Origin: Anolis carolinensis | Lineage: Eukaryota | DNA length: 64,000 nt | Assembly: GCF_035594765.1 (NCBI RefSeq) | Contig: NW_026943818.1 | Coordinates: forward strand, 15,570,229 to 15,634,228 | Direction of reading: 5' to 3' | Shown here: positions 35,316 to 48,158 of the stretch, one piece after another | How positions within the stretch are numbered: position 1 is the stretch's first letter | How the letters are laid out: every line of letters begins with the position of its first letter | Translations under genes and position numbers: made by a program | Notes under the pieces: model-generated | What the model was told of the DNA's origin: nothing | Databases searched by the model: none | Seen by the model: the letters and a program-made list of their open reading frames with translations, nothing else

Positions 35316-38300
35316 TGGCTCCGTGGGCGGCGGCGGGGGCGGCGTGGGCGGCGCTGGCGGGGCTGCTCTGGGCCTCCGTCCACCAGGTCCGCGAGGGCCA
35401 CGTGGCCGTCTACTTCCGGTGAGCCTCGCCGCGGCGGGGGGTGGGACCCCGGAAGTGCGGGCCCTCTGACGTCACTCCCCTCCCCCCTCCCCCTCCCTCT
35501 CTCCTCAGGGGCGGGGCGCTGCTGCCCTCGCTGAGCGGGCCCGGATTCCACATCATGCTCCCCTTCGTCACTTCCTTCCGCGCCGTCCAGGTAGGAGCCA
35601 CGCCCCCTTGCGGCGCCGCGAGGAAAGAGGGCGGGGCGGGCAGAAGCCCCTCCCCTTTGGTCTCCCTTGACAACAGAGAGCTTAAAGGATGGGAAGAGAA
35701 GGGGCGGGGCCAGTAGCAGCCCCTCCCCTTAGGTCTCCCTTGACAACAGAGAGAGCTTAAAGGATGGGAAGAGAAGGGGCGGGGCCAATAGTAGCCCCTC
35801 CCCTTAGGTCTCCCTTGACAACAAGAGCTTGAATGGTGGGAGGCGAGGAGGGGGCGTGGCCAGTAGCTGCCCCTCCCCTTTGGTCTCCCTTGACAACAGA
35901 GAGCTTAAAGGATGGGAAGAGAAGGGGCGGGGCCAGTAGCAGCCCCTCCCCTTAGGTCTCCCTTGACAACAAGAGCTTGAATGGTGGGAGGCGAGGAGGG
36001 GGCGTGGCCAGTAGCTGCCCTCCCCTTTGGTCTCCCTTGACGACAGAGCTCCTCCCCCTCCTTCTCCCCTCAGACCACGCTGCAAACGGACGAGGTGAAG
36101 AACGTGCCCTGCGGGACCAGGTAGGCTGAGCCACGCCCCTTCTGCCGTGAGCAGGCTTCTGGGAAATGTAGTCCAGGGAGGGCCCTTCGGGGTGAGAAGG
36201 AAGGGCAGAATATAAATGTTGGGGATGGCCTGTCAAATAAAAATATAATAATCTGAATAACATCTCTCTCTATATATATAAATGCAAAGTAAACAACAAA
36301 TCCACTGGACCAAATCACACCAAATTTGGCCACAAAAGACATAGTCATCCAATCTATGTCTTCCAATAAGAAAACACAGCCAGGCATTGAAGCTGCAAGG
36401 CTATTCAGTGCAATTCAACCAGACCAACAAAGGATTAACCTTGGTAGAAGGTGTCCGGCTTTGAAGCAGCGATACTACTCTGTACAATTGAAGCTGACCA
36501 ACCAAAGATTCCCTTAGGTAGCAAGCAGCCAGGCTTTGAAGCAGCGAGGCTATTCATTGCAATTCTAGCAGCCCAAAAAACCATTCCCCTAGAACGCAAG
36601 TCCCCAGCCTCCCAAGCAGCAAGCCTGTTCCGTTGCATCCCAGCTCACCAAACAAGGATTCCCATAAGAAGAAAACGGCCAGGCTTTGAGGCTGCAAGGC
36701 TATTCGCTGCTATTCCACCTGGCCAACAAAGGATTCCCATAAGGCACAGCAACGCCTGGCCGGGCACAGCTAGTATAATATAATATAGCAATATAACGGA
36801 TTGCACAACTGCATATGGTAAGTGTTTTCTCCTATACTTTGTTCTTTTTAAATTCCAAAACGTAATGTACTTTCTGGATAGCCCTCGTATATATTATTAG
36901 TATTATATTGCTATATTATATTATACTAGCTGTGCCTGGCCAGGCGTTGCTGTGCCTTATGGGAATCCTTTGTTGGCCAGGTGGAATAGCAGTGAATAGC
37001 CTTGCAGCCTCAAAGCCTGGCCGTTTTCTTCTTGTTTGGTCGCACACTGTTCAGGATGGAGGTGGGAAAGTGTTGAGGGCAAGAACTTTCCAAAGTCATT
37101 CCTCGCTATGATAAGTGCCTAAATCTGAATGGGTACTATGTTGAAAAGTAGTATTTAAGTGTGGCTTTCAACTGCCAACGGTAAGTGTTTTCTCCTATAC
37201 TTTGTTCTTTTTTAATTCCAAAACGTAATGTACTTTCTGGATAGCACTCGTAATGTAATAATATTAATCACAAAAATGCTCTCCCGGTCCCCCTTGTTGT
37301 TGCAGCGGTGGCGTCATGATCTACATCGACCGCATCGAGGTGGTGAACATGCTGTCCGCACACGCAGGTACCGCCGTCCTCCGACTGGCTGCGCCTTTTG
37401 CTTTATGAGAGGGGGAGGGACATGGGAGGGGGCCGCCCTTCCACCCGAATGAAGGCGTGGGGTCCGTTGGGTCCGCAGTGTACGACGTGGTGAGGAACTT
37501 CACGGCGGATTACGACAAGGCCCTCATCTTCAACAAGATCCACCACGAGCTCAACCAGTTCTGCAGCGCCCACACCCTGCAGGAGGTCTACATCGAGTTC
37601 TTTGGTGAGTGAGGAGGAGGAGGAGGAGGAGGAGGGCCGGGCTGTGGGAGTGTGAGGGGCCTGTCAGAGTAATTCGCAGCATAGCAGCAGTTGTATGTTG
37701 TCAATGGAGCGCAGAACGAAGAGACGTCAGAAACGATGTTAAAAAATATATATACAAAGCTTTACTTTACAAGACAAACAGACTTGCAGACGAACACAGG
37801 CTTGGCTTTCACTCTAGGCAGACACAAACTCAGAACAGAGCAAGATCTCTACTGACTGCAATCAGTAATGTACAAACACACTTGAGTCTGGATACTCCTC
37901 AGGTTCCAGCCACACATCAAGGTCAACACAGCTTCTCAGTCATTAACTCTTTACAGACTATAGCATACTCTGGATGATGCAACCTGTATGCAACACATGC
38001 CAGACACAAATTTCATTTAAACACTATCAATACACAAATCCCACATTAACAGTGCCCTTGGGGTCGTGTGGGTGGCCCTCCCTCCCTCCCTCCCTCCCTC
38101 CCCAGATCGGATCGACGAGTACCTGAAGCAGGCGCTGCAGCAGGACCTCAACGCCATGGCCCCGGGACTCACCATCCAGGTAGGGCAGCCGCTGCTCCTC
38201 AGCCCCATCCAGTGGATACAGAGGGCCCTCAAAGACCTCCAGGCCTTGCCAGGATTTCCCCAGGCCTGGCAAGAAGAACGGGCATCTCCTTGGTCCTCCT

Positions 38301-41300
38301 TGGGGCTCGCTCTGGCCCCTTCCTCGCTGCCCTGTATCCCACAATGTGGCGCCCGTGCCTACGGTGACCCCTCCCTTGCAGGCCGTGCGGGTGACCAAGC
38401 CCAAGATCCCCGAGGCCATCCGGAGGAACTTTGAGCTCGTGTGAGTATCACGGAGGAGGCGGTGGGAGCCGCGGAGAGCGAGGCGGGGCCTTTCCCTTTC
38501 TCCGGGGTCGGATCCTGGGGTATTTCCCCGCTGTTCCTCTGCAGGGAGGCGGAGAAAACGAAGCTCCTGATTGCGGCCCAGAGGCAGAAGGTGGTGGAGA
38601 AGGAGGCCGAGACGGAGCGGCAGAAGGCCGTCATAGGTGGGTGTCCCTCCACGGCCCCTCCGGCCACGAGGCCCCGCTCACCTCCTCCCGGCCTCACGTG
38701 GCTCTTCTCCCTCCAGACGCCGAGAAGGCGGCGCAAGTGTCCAGGATCCAGTTCCGGCAGAAGATCATGGAGTCCGTGACGGAGAAGCACATCTCCGAAC
38801 TGGAAGGTAGGCCGGACTGCATGGAGCGCCGTTAACTTCCCGCCTGAGCTGTACCTATTGATTTACTCACATTTTGCATGTTTTCGAACTGCTAGGTTGG
38901 CAGAAGCTGGGGCTAACAGCGAGAGCTCACCCTGCTCCCTGGGTCGGAACCAGTGACCTTTCGGTCTGCAAGTTTAGCAGCTTGGCGGCTTAACCCGCTG
39001 CACCAAGGGGGAGAGTAATAATTATAATAACTTGCTAAACCCGGCCACGCTTTGAGTGACAAACATCACTCTCTACCCGTTGGTTTTTAATAGCTTATTA
39101 TTCTACTCCATTAAGACAATCCTATATAAGCACACTTCTGCCTTTGTTGCTGCTATGCTTTTATGTATTATCATTTTTATGTTCATGTACTGTTTATTTT
39201 ATTTGTAGCACTCTGCATATGGCGGCAGGGTATGAATATTTATTTTTAGTTTATTTATTTATTTATTAGACTTGTATACCGCTACTCCCAGATTGGCTCA
39301 GAGCGGTTTACAGAAATAGATTAAAACAATACACTTAGCTTTAAAATAACAATAAATACAACAATAAAAACAGACATAGCCCCGAGTTTTTCACCCATTG
39401 AAAGCTTGTCGGAAGAGCAATTTGAAGGTAAATAATCTGATTGAATCTGAAGGTAAATAAAAGTATTGTAGCGTACACAGATTCACCGAGAAGCACATAC
39501 CATTCAGTTCAGTTCCCTGCCTTGCGTTGCTGGGTCTATGTGGAATGAATAGACAGGAAGGAAAAAGTGGTTTTCCAGAAATCATTTTTATTGCCATGCT
39601 GGCGCATTGACTACACTTTTCGGTTTTTTCTTCTTCTGCATAAACATTAAGATCAGACGGTTTACCGACTCTGGAGCATCCGACGTATAATTGCCCATGA
39701 GAGAAGCATTTGTTTTCTAATTTGAAGCCGCACATTTGCAAAGAATGGCTCTGCGTTTTATTGCTAGTCATTGCGAACGCAAGGCATATCGGTAATGGAA
39801 GTCGTTTGAATTTGAACACCATGTTGGTGGAAATGAGTGGGATTCCCAGGGCAATCACCCCCATGTTGGGTCTGTGTGCCAAGTTTGGTCCAGATCTATA
39901 AATAATAAACATAATATTATATAGTGATACAATAACAATATAATATTGCTAATGAGAAATATAATAATAAGGAATATAATGATTATAATAATAATAATAA
40001 TAGTATTGACTCTGAGCTGGAAGGTGTCCAGACGAAGAAAGCAACCCAAAGGATGAGCAATCCCTATGAGGAGCATCCGAAAGAGCTGGGTCTGTTTATC
40101 CTGCAGAAGAGAAGGTGGAGAAAGAGAGACACGAGAGGAGCCGTGTATCAGTATGTGAAAGGCTGTCCTAAGGAGGAGGCTTCAGGCTTCCTTTCTGCTG
40201 CCCTGGGTTCAAATGACAGGGAAGGAGATTATTAGGAAGGACTTCCTGACCATAAGCAGAGCTGTTCAGCAGTGGAACTCTCTGCCTTGGAGTCTGGGAT
40301 CTTGCGACTCACCTTTCCCATCTTTTCCAGACGCATCGTTCTTGGCGAGAGCAAAAGTAAAGGCAGACGCGGAATATTACACAGCGCAGAAGGCGGCCCA
40401 ATCGAACAAGGTGAGTGCTGTTGCCGTAGGCTTTCATGGCTGGGATCACAGGGTTGTTGTATGTTTTCCAGGCTGTCTGGCCATGTTCCAGAAGCATTCT
40501 CTCCTGATGTTTCACCCACATCTATGGCAAGCATCCTCAGAGGTTGTGAGATATAATAATAATAATAATAATAGGGTGGTTGTATGTTTTCCGGGCAGTC
40601 TGGCCATGTTCCAGAAGCATTCTCTCCTGACGTTTCGCCCACATCTGTGGCAGGCATCCTCAGAGGTTGTGAGGTATGGAGAAACTCAGCAAGGAAGGTT
40701 TATATATATCTGTGGGAAGTCCAGGATGAGGGAAGAACTCTTGTCAGTTGGAGGCCAGCGTAAATGTTGCAGATAATCACCGTAATTTAATAATCGCCCT
40801 AGTGAGTGCTGTTGGGTTAGCGGGTGGAGGGGCGGTTAGAAGGAGTAAAACCCACACAATGCCCTTGCTGGGAAGGCACGCAAATCAATCCCCTCACAGC
40901 CTCCTCCAGCTGCGCAATGTGACGGGCTCCCTCCGTGGTAGAGGCTCCTTTGGAGGCTTTTAAACAGAGGCTGGATGGCCATCTGTCGGGGGTGCTTTGA
41001 ATGCAATTTCCTGCTTCTTAGCAGGGGGTTGGACTGGATGGCCCATGAGGTCTCTTCCAACTCTACTATTCTATGATTCTATGATTCAAGGCAAGCACTT
41101 ACGTTCCGATCCCCAAAACACTGCAGAGTCTTGGTCACCCTTAGCAGAGATTTAATAGCCCAGCCACTATTTTCTGGCTTATGGTCCCTTCACATGCAAT
41201 GCATTCCTGTCTGATGCAGCGTTTTCTTCCTGGCAGCTCAAGCTCACCCCGGCCTACCTGTCGCTGGAGCGGGACCGGGCCATTGCCGCCAACAGCCGGC

Positions 41301-41419
41301 TGTACTTTGGCCGTGGACTCCCCGACCACCTCTTCCTGGGCTCCTGCGCCTTCGAGGCCGCGGTCGCCCAGGAGGCCGTGCGGCGGCAGCAGGAAGCCGC
41401 GGGGAAGCCGCGTGATTGA
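35315..41419 (+). CDS. ERLIN1: Erlin (SPFH domain), ERLIN1-like, 332 aa; exons 35315-35418, 35509-35590, 36074-36120, 37306-37367, 37479-37604, 38106-38179, 38382-38440, 38545-38636, 38717-38806, 40331-40410, 41237-41419
   Basis: [66 protein letters not shown]; residues distinguishing ERLIN1 from ERLIN2 mostly favour ERLIN1. All introns GT-AG, 999 nt in frame, AATAAA at 41710. An in-frame upstream ATG exists at 35270. Confidence 0.88.
35640..36050. repeat. ~75-bp minisatellite (5-6 copies, each with a GC box) in ERLIN intron 2
   Basis: Repeated ggtctcccttgacaac..ggggcg(g/t)ggccagtag. Confidence 0.9.
39600..39900 (-). mobile_element. Helitron PIF1-helicase C-terminal remnant in ERLIN intron 9
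   Basis: [38 protein letters not shown], a degenerate AMTINKSQG / [13 protein letters not shown] motif pair. Confidence 0.85.
40010..40295 (+). mobile_element. CR1 LINE fragment; a CR1 3' end with (ATTCTATG)n tail lies at about 40950-41088
   Basis: Degenerate PYEE..KELGLF.L.KRR reading and the typical CR1 tail. Confidence 0.75.
40428..40790 (-). mobile_element. Tandem Penelope terminal fragments with two hammerhead motifs (40501-40546, 40624-40669)
   Basis: CTGAGGA-stem II-GAAAC(G/A)TC on the minus strand. Confidence 0.8.
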
Positions 41420-42989
41420 CATTTCGTCCATGCACTTCCACCGTCCTCGAGGGGGGAAGAAGTATGGCTGCGGTGCCTCTCGTCAGCCTCGGCGGATCTA
41501 GATCCCTTTCCCCTTCAATTGGAAACTGGAAACGGGAGGTCCCCTTTAGTTTCATTCCTTTGATGAGCCAAAGGAATCTGCCACAAAGTCTGAGTCGACT
41601 GGAATCTTTGCAACGCTGCTGCAGGTGGAACCGGAAACGATTTTGGTATAAAAGCGTGTGTTCTTGGGAAGCCGGGTATGCAACACTTTGATCTTTGGAA
41701 TTAAGGAGGAATAAAAGAACTATTTTCATAGCTTTTTCCGCTAGCAGTGGCATCCTCTCTCTGCTGTTGGAGTCTCGGGGCAATAAGGAAATATTAGGTA
41801 AAGGTCAAGGTTTCCCCTGACGTTAAGTTCAGTCCTGTCCGACTCTGGGGGTTCGTGCTTATGTCCGTTTCTAAGCCCAAGAGCCGGCATTGTCCGTAGA
41901 CTCCTCCAAGGTCATGTGGCCACTGGCATTACGCCATGGATCCCCAATGTTACCTTCCCGCCGGAGCAGTACCTATTGATCTACTCACATTGGCATGTTT
42001 TTGAACTGCTAGGTTGGCAGAAACTGGAGTTAATAGCGGGCGCTCACCCCGCTTCCCCAGATTCGAACCTGCGACTTTTCGGTCTGCAAGTTCAGCAGCT
42101 CAGTGCTTCAACACACTGCACCAGCGGGGGCTCCAAGGCGATATTACTGTGATATTATGCAGGTATATTGATAATAGAAATAATACAGGAAGAGCCCCCG
42201 ATGGCGCAGTGGGTTAAACCGCTGAGCTGCTGAACTTGCAGACCGAAAGGACCAAGAACCAAGAACAAAATCCTGGCTACGGGCCTGATAAGGAGGGATT
42301 AAGGATTAAGCCTGTTCAACGTCAAATGACGTCATGATTTTACAAATTAAGGATCAAAACCTCATGTTTTACAACAAATTGACAGAAAAAAACAATTCAA
42401 TATATGGTCACGTGATGTAGCAATTACTGTATTTACGAATTTAGCACCAAAAATCACAATGTATTGAAAACGTTGACTACAAAAACATTGACTACTAAGA
42501 GGCCGACTAAGAGCCGGGACTCTACTGTACATATACAGTAGAGTCTCACTTATCCAACATAAACGGGCCAGCAGAGCGTTGGATAAGCAAATATGTTGGA
42601 TAATAAGGAGAGATTAAGGGAAAGCCTATTAAACATCAAATTTGGTTATGATTTTACAAATGAAGCACCAAAATATCATGTTATACAACAAATTTAACAG
42701 AAAAAGTAGTTCAATAGGCAGTAATGCTACGTAGTAATTACTGTATTTACGAATTTAGCACCAAAATATCACGATGTATTGAAAACATTGACGACAAATA
42801 TGCGTTGGATAACGTTGGATAAGCGAGTGTTGGATAAGTGAGACTCGACTGTAATTCCTCCAGAGACGCAGATCTGGGCGCCTGAGGGGAAGGAGAAGGC
42901 CTTTCTCTGGGGCTCCCCTTCCCGTCTCCTTTCGGCCCAAGTGTTTAACGGAGTTGTGTATAAATCTTAACTGTCTTCTCAATTCGCTT

Positions 42990-43204
42990 TTGACGCCAGA
43001 AAAAAATAAATGCATTCCCTTTCCCGCCTCTCTTTGGGGCGCCCGCCATCTTTGGTCCGGGCGGAAGTCTAGAGAGAGCGGCGGGCTGCGCTTCCTAGAG
43101 AGGCGGAGGAGGAGGAGGCTTCCTCCTGAGCTCACTTCCGGATGAGGAGGAGGCGGGAAAGCGAAGGCCTTAATGGCGGCGGGAGAGAGAGAGACAGGAG
43201 GACG
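42990..43204 (+). promoter_or_regulatory. CpG promoter and probable first exon of ZNF gene A (donor after 43204)
   Basis: CpG-rich, GCCATCTT (YY1-like), CGGAAGT / ACTTCCGG (ETS-like), G|GTAAGG donor; matching acceptor at 45187. Confidence 0.65.
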
Positions 43205-43239
43205 GTAAGGGCGGAGCGTGTTCTGGGGCCCGGAGGGAC

Positions 43240-44145
43240 AAGCCCAGATAAACACACCCAAACAGGACAAAATAATAGTAATAATACCTTTATTTTTATA
43301 TCCCGCCCCATCTCCCCGAAGGGACTCGGGGAGGCTCACATGGGGCCAGGCCCAGATAAACACACCCAAACAGGACAAAATAATAATAATAATAATAATA
43401 CCTTTATTTTTATATCCCGCCCCATCTCCCCAAAGGGACTCGGCGAGGCTCACATGGGGCCAGGCCCAGATAAACACACCCAAACAGGACAAAATAATAA
43501 TAATAATAACAATACCTTTATTTTTATATCTCGCCCCATCTCCCCGAAGGGACTCGGCGAGGCTCACATGGGGCCAGGCCCAGATAAACACACCCAAACA
43601 GGACAAAATAATAATAATAATAATACCTTTATTTTTATATCCCGCCCCATCTCCCCAAAGGGACTCGGGGAGGCTCACATGGGGCCAGGCCCAGATAAAC
43701 ACACCCAAACAGGACAAAATAATAATAATAACAATAATAATACCTTTATTTTTATATCTCGCCCCATCTCCCCGAAGGGACTCGGGGAGGCTCACATGGG
43801 GCCAGGCCCAGATAAACACACCCAAACAGGACAAAATAATAATAATAATAATAATACCTTTATTTTTATATCCCGCCCCATCTCCCCGAAGGGACTCGGC
43901 GAGGCTCACATGGGGCCAGGCCCAGATAAACACACCCAAACAGGACAAAATAATAATAATAATAATAATACCTTTATTTTTATATCCCGCCCCATCTCCC
44001 CGAAGGGACTCGGGGAGGCTCACATGGGGCCAGGCCCAGATAAACACACCCAAACAGGACAAAATAATAATAATAACAATGCCTTTATTTTTATACCCCG
44101 TTCCCATCTCCCTAAAGAGACTCGGGGTGGCTCACATGGGGCCCA
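43240..44145. repeat. 8-copy ~108-117-bp minisatellite containing a reverse L2-like tail and variable (AAT)n
   Basis: Repeated cccagataaacacacccaaacaggac..cccgccccatctccccgaagggactcgg. Confidence 0.95.
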
Positions 44146-45388
44146 GCATCATCATACATTAAAACAGTCATAATTTATAATTTAAAACAACATAACAGCA
44201 TAAACCTATCCGGTCCTTCAAACCAAGAACATAGTACAAATATGTAAGGGTGTGCTTACGTGAGACTCTTTGAAAATAATATAGGGTGATCAGGGAAGAT
44301 TACAAGATCAAAGTCAACAAGAGTGAGGGACATTGTTTAAATGCAAAATACACATCGTACAGAATAGACAAAATGAAGCACAGTTATCCGCAATGGCATA
44401 ATAAAGTAGCAAAAAACAAGGATGACACAGCAAAACATAATTAAGAAACAAAAACCAAGGCTAAACAAGTGCAAGCTGGGACAAAGTGTTAAACAATATA
44501 ATATATAATAATAAATAAAAATATAATATATTGTATATATACATATATTATTGATAATAATAGTATAATGTAATACAATAATATACTAATTATAATACCC
44601 AATTGGGGACTTAGTTCAGAAGAGACCAATTATGTGAACATGAATGTAGGAAATTTGGTGGCAGTAGAGGTGTAATCTGGGGTGTGCAGGAAGCGGACCT
44701 GAGATCCCTTGTGGCTTGAAAAGTGACCTAGAAAGTCATGAAATAATAAAGGAATCCTTGTGCCTCTTAATGTTTTACTTATTTAATTTATAGAAAGCCA
44801 TTATTCATAGTGAATGACGCCTCGCCTGTGGTCTGTCTGACTGTCTGCCTTATGTTTCTTTAGCTATGTTTAGGGTCAAGCCAACAAAATCAATGTGGTT
44901 CTTTAGTATTGGATGATGGTCCCTTTTCCCATCCATCCATCCATCATTCATTCTTCTCATTCTCCCTGCCTTCTTCTATCCTTCTGAATCCGTCCCTTAT
45001 TGTTTGTAAATATGTGATCACCTTTGCTTGTTTCTGTGTATGTTCTTGAGTCCCTTCATACCTCAATTTCTTGGAATTATTATTTTCAACATGAGCCATG
45101 ATAAGGAAACCAGGATAAGGGTAATTTTGGAAATAAAGGAGGTTTGCAACTTCAGGTTTAATCTTTGGCTTCTTTTTTCTTGACCAGGGAAATGAAGACC
45201 CTATGAAGTTACCTCTGGCATGATAAGAGAATATTGGTATCTAGTGGATATTTAGGAATTTGAAAACCAAAGTGCAATAATGAAATAACTCCTATAGGAA
45301 GAAGAAATCTTATCTTGTGGGATTCCCTTTTCATCAGAAAGGAACAAGGAAGACCATATTGCAGTTAATCGTATACGTAACTGTCAAC

Positions 45389-46354
45389 ATGGAGGAAAAA
45401 CCCTACACAAGTCTTGAGGTTGGAAAGAGCCTCGCTCAGAGTGGATTTCCACATACACATCCAAGGACGCACTCTGAGGAGAAACCCTACAAATGCCTGG
45501 AGTGTGGGATGAGCTTCGCAAAGAGTGCTAGTCTACTTTCACATCAAAGGACTCACACTGGGGAGAAACCCTATACATGCCTGGAGTGTGGAATGAGTTT
45601 CACTTGTAGTGGAAATCTACATAAGCATAAGAGGACTCACAGTGGGGAGAAACCCTACACATGCCTTGAGTGTGGACAGAGCTTTACTGCAAGCGGAAGC
45701 CTACGTTCACATCAAAGGACTCACACTGGGGAGAGACCTTATACATGCCTGGAGTGTGGACAGAGCTTCACTCATAGAGCAGGTCTACGTTCACATAAAA
45801 CCACTCACACTGGGGAGAAACCTTATACTTGCCAGGAGTGTGGAATGAGCTTCACTCAGAGTGGAACTCTACGTTCACATCAAAGGACTCACACGGGGGA
45901 GAAACCCTATAAATGCCAAGATTGTGGACAGAGCTTCACCGACAGTGGAAAGCTACGTTTACATCAAAGGACTCACACGGGAGAGAAACCCTATAAATGC
46001 CTGGAGTGCGGGAAAACCTTTGCTCGGATTGGAACTCTACATTCACATCAAAGAACTCACACTGGGGAGAAGCCCTATACATGCCTGGAGTGTGGGCAGA
46101 GCTTTGCTCGTAGTGGAAGTCTACACTCACATCAGAGGATTCACACTGGGGAGAAACCCTTCAAATGCCTGGAGTGTGGACAGAGCTTCACTCAGAGTGC
46201 GGGCCTACTTTCACATCAAAAGACTCACACTGGGGAGAAACCGTACAAATGCCTGGAGTGTGTCCAGAGCTTTGCCGAGAGCGGAAGTCTGTGCTCACAC
46301 CACAGGATGGACACCGGAGAGGAGCCCTATACACTCCTGGAAGGAATTTCTTAA
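45389..46354 (+). CDS. C2H2 zinc-finger protein A (321 aa; 9 intact and 2 degenerate fingers)
   Basis: CxxC..HxxxH units with TGEKPY linkers; first in-frame ATG at 45389; no KRAB or SCAN seen. Confidence 0.85.
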   Translation: MEEKPYTSLEVGKSLAQSGFPHTHPRTHSEEKPYKCLECGMSFAKSASLLSHQRTHTGEKPYTCLECGMSFTCSGNLHKHKRTHSGEKPYTCLECGQSFTASGSLRSHQRTHTGERPYTCLECGQSFTHRAGLRSHKTTHTGEKPYTCQECGMSFTQSGTLRSHQRTHTGEKPYKCQDCGQSFTDSGKLRLHQRTHTGEKPYKCLECGKTFARIGTLHSHQRTHTGEKPYTCLECGQSFARSGSLHSHQRIHTGEKPFKCLECGQSFTQSAGLLSHQKTHTGEKPYKCLECVQSFAESGSLCSHHRMDTGEEPYTLLEGIS

Positions 46355-46642
46355 CAATCCTGGATGTCCATCTAGAAAGAAAATTTGAAAGATTACTAAA
46401 ATACATGATAATTGCAACAAGAATCCCATATCCTCAAAAACGAAAGGAAGACGTTATCCCTACTCAGGTTAACTGACTGGTGAAGATCTTCAAACTAGCA
46501 GATATTAAGACACAGACACTGCTGATTAAGGAGAAAAATTCTATCCCTTTCAAGAAATGTTGTAAATTTAAAATTATTCTTTGATTACAACAATACGGGT
46601 ATATGTCAAGTGTAAGATTGATGAATTAGAATAGTGGTACCA

Positions 46643-46698
<56 letters not shown>

Positions 46699-47535
46699 AG
46701 TAGTAGTAGTAATAGCAATACAGTAGAGTCTCACTTATCCAACATAAACGGGCCAGCAGAATGTTGGATAAGCGAATATGTTGGATAATAAGGAGGGATG
46801 AAGGAAAAGCCTATTAAACATCAAATTAGGTTATTATTTATTTATTTATTTCAATTATTTATACCCCGCCCTTCTCACCCAAGGGGACTCAGGGCGGCTT
46901 ACAAGTGGCAATTGATGCCGTTATACAATAAACTAAAACGATTAAAACAGTTAAAACAGTCATAAAATACAATATACAAAGTTTATTTTACAAATTAAGC
47001 ACCCAAACATCATGTTATACAACAAATTTGACAGAAAAAATAGTTCAATACGCAGTAATGCTATGTAGTAATTACTGTATTTACAAATTTGGCACCAAAA
47101 TATCACGATGTATTGAAAACATTTACTACAAAAATGCGTTGGATAATCCAGAACGTTGGGTGAGTGTTGGATAAATGAGACTCTACTGTAGTAGTAGTAA
47201 TAGTAATAATTATAATTATAAACTATTCATACCCTGCCACCATATGCAGAGTGGTACATATAAAATAAACAGTACATAAAAATGATAATACATAAAAGTA
47301 TAGCAACAACAAAGGCAGAAGTGTGCTTATATAGGATTGTCTTAATGGAGTATAATAATAAGCTAGTAAAAACCAACGGGTAGAGAGTGATGTTTGTGGA
47401 ATTAGACCCACGTCTGTCTGTTTTTTGTTTGCTGGTGGCAATAAAAAGGGAACTAGACGTGTGTTACTGTAGGAGATTCCTTTTTGGTTCCTTTTCACTA
47501 AAAGATAATATAACCACCAGACAGAGAATGTAAAG

Positions 47536-48158
47536 GGTTGTTGTATGTCTTTCGGGCTGTGTGGCCATGTTCCAGAAGCATTCTCTCCTGACGTTTCGCC
47601 CACATCTATGGCAGGCATCCTCAGAGGTTGTGAGGTATGGAGAAAACTAAGCAAAGAGGTTAATATATATCTGTGGAAAGTCTAGGGTGAGAGAGGTCAG
47701 TGTGAATGTGTAGTTAATCACTTAAATTAGCATTGAAAAGCTTATCTGCTGTCTTCTTCCTGCCTCTGGGGCATCCTTTGTTTAGAGTCGTTAACTGCCC
47801 TTGGTTGATTCATGTCTGGAAACCCTCTGTTTTCAGAGTATTGCTTTTTATTTACTGTTCTGATTTTTGAGTTTTGTAATACTGGTAGCCAGATTTTGTT
47901 CATTTTCATGGTTTCTTCCTTTCTGTTGAAGTTGTCCACATGCTTGTGGATTTCAATGGCTTCTCTGTGTCGTCTGACATGATAGTTGTTAGAATGGTCC
48001 AGCATTTTTGTGTTCTCAAATAGTATTCTGTGTCCAGGCTGGTTCATCAAATGCTCTGCTATGGCTGATTTCTCTGGTTGAATTAGTCTGCAGTGCCTTT
48101 CATGTTCTTTGACTCTTGTTTGGGCGCTGCGTTTGGTGGTCCCTATGTAGACTTGTCC
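47536..48158 (-). mobile_element. 5'-truncated Penelope-like element (GIY-YIG endonuclease plus terminal repeat) with a 15-bp flanking duplication
   Basis: CGQVYIGTTKRS..RVKEH..SAIAEH..REAIEI; ACAGAGAATGTAAAG at 47521-47535 and 48159-48173. Confidence 0.9.
47585..47630 (-). ncRNA. Minimal type I hammerhead ribozyme motif of the Penelope element
   Basis: CCU CUGAGGA U GCCUGC cauagau GUGGGC GAAA CG UC AGG: core boxes, 6-bp stem II, palindromic mini stem III. Confidence 0.75.

Noticed and set aside
42755-44173. Long ORFs (314-450 aa) on both strands
   Set aside because: They arise from a minisatellite whose unit lengths are multiples of 3, with (AAT)n giving poly-N or poly-I
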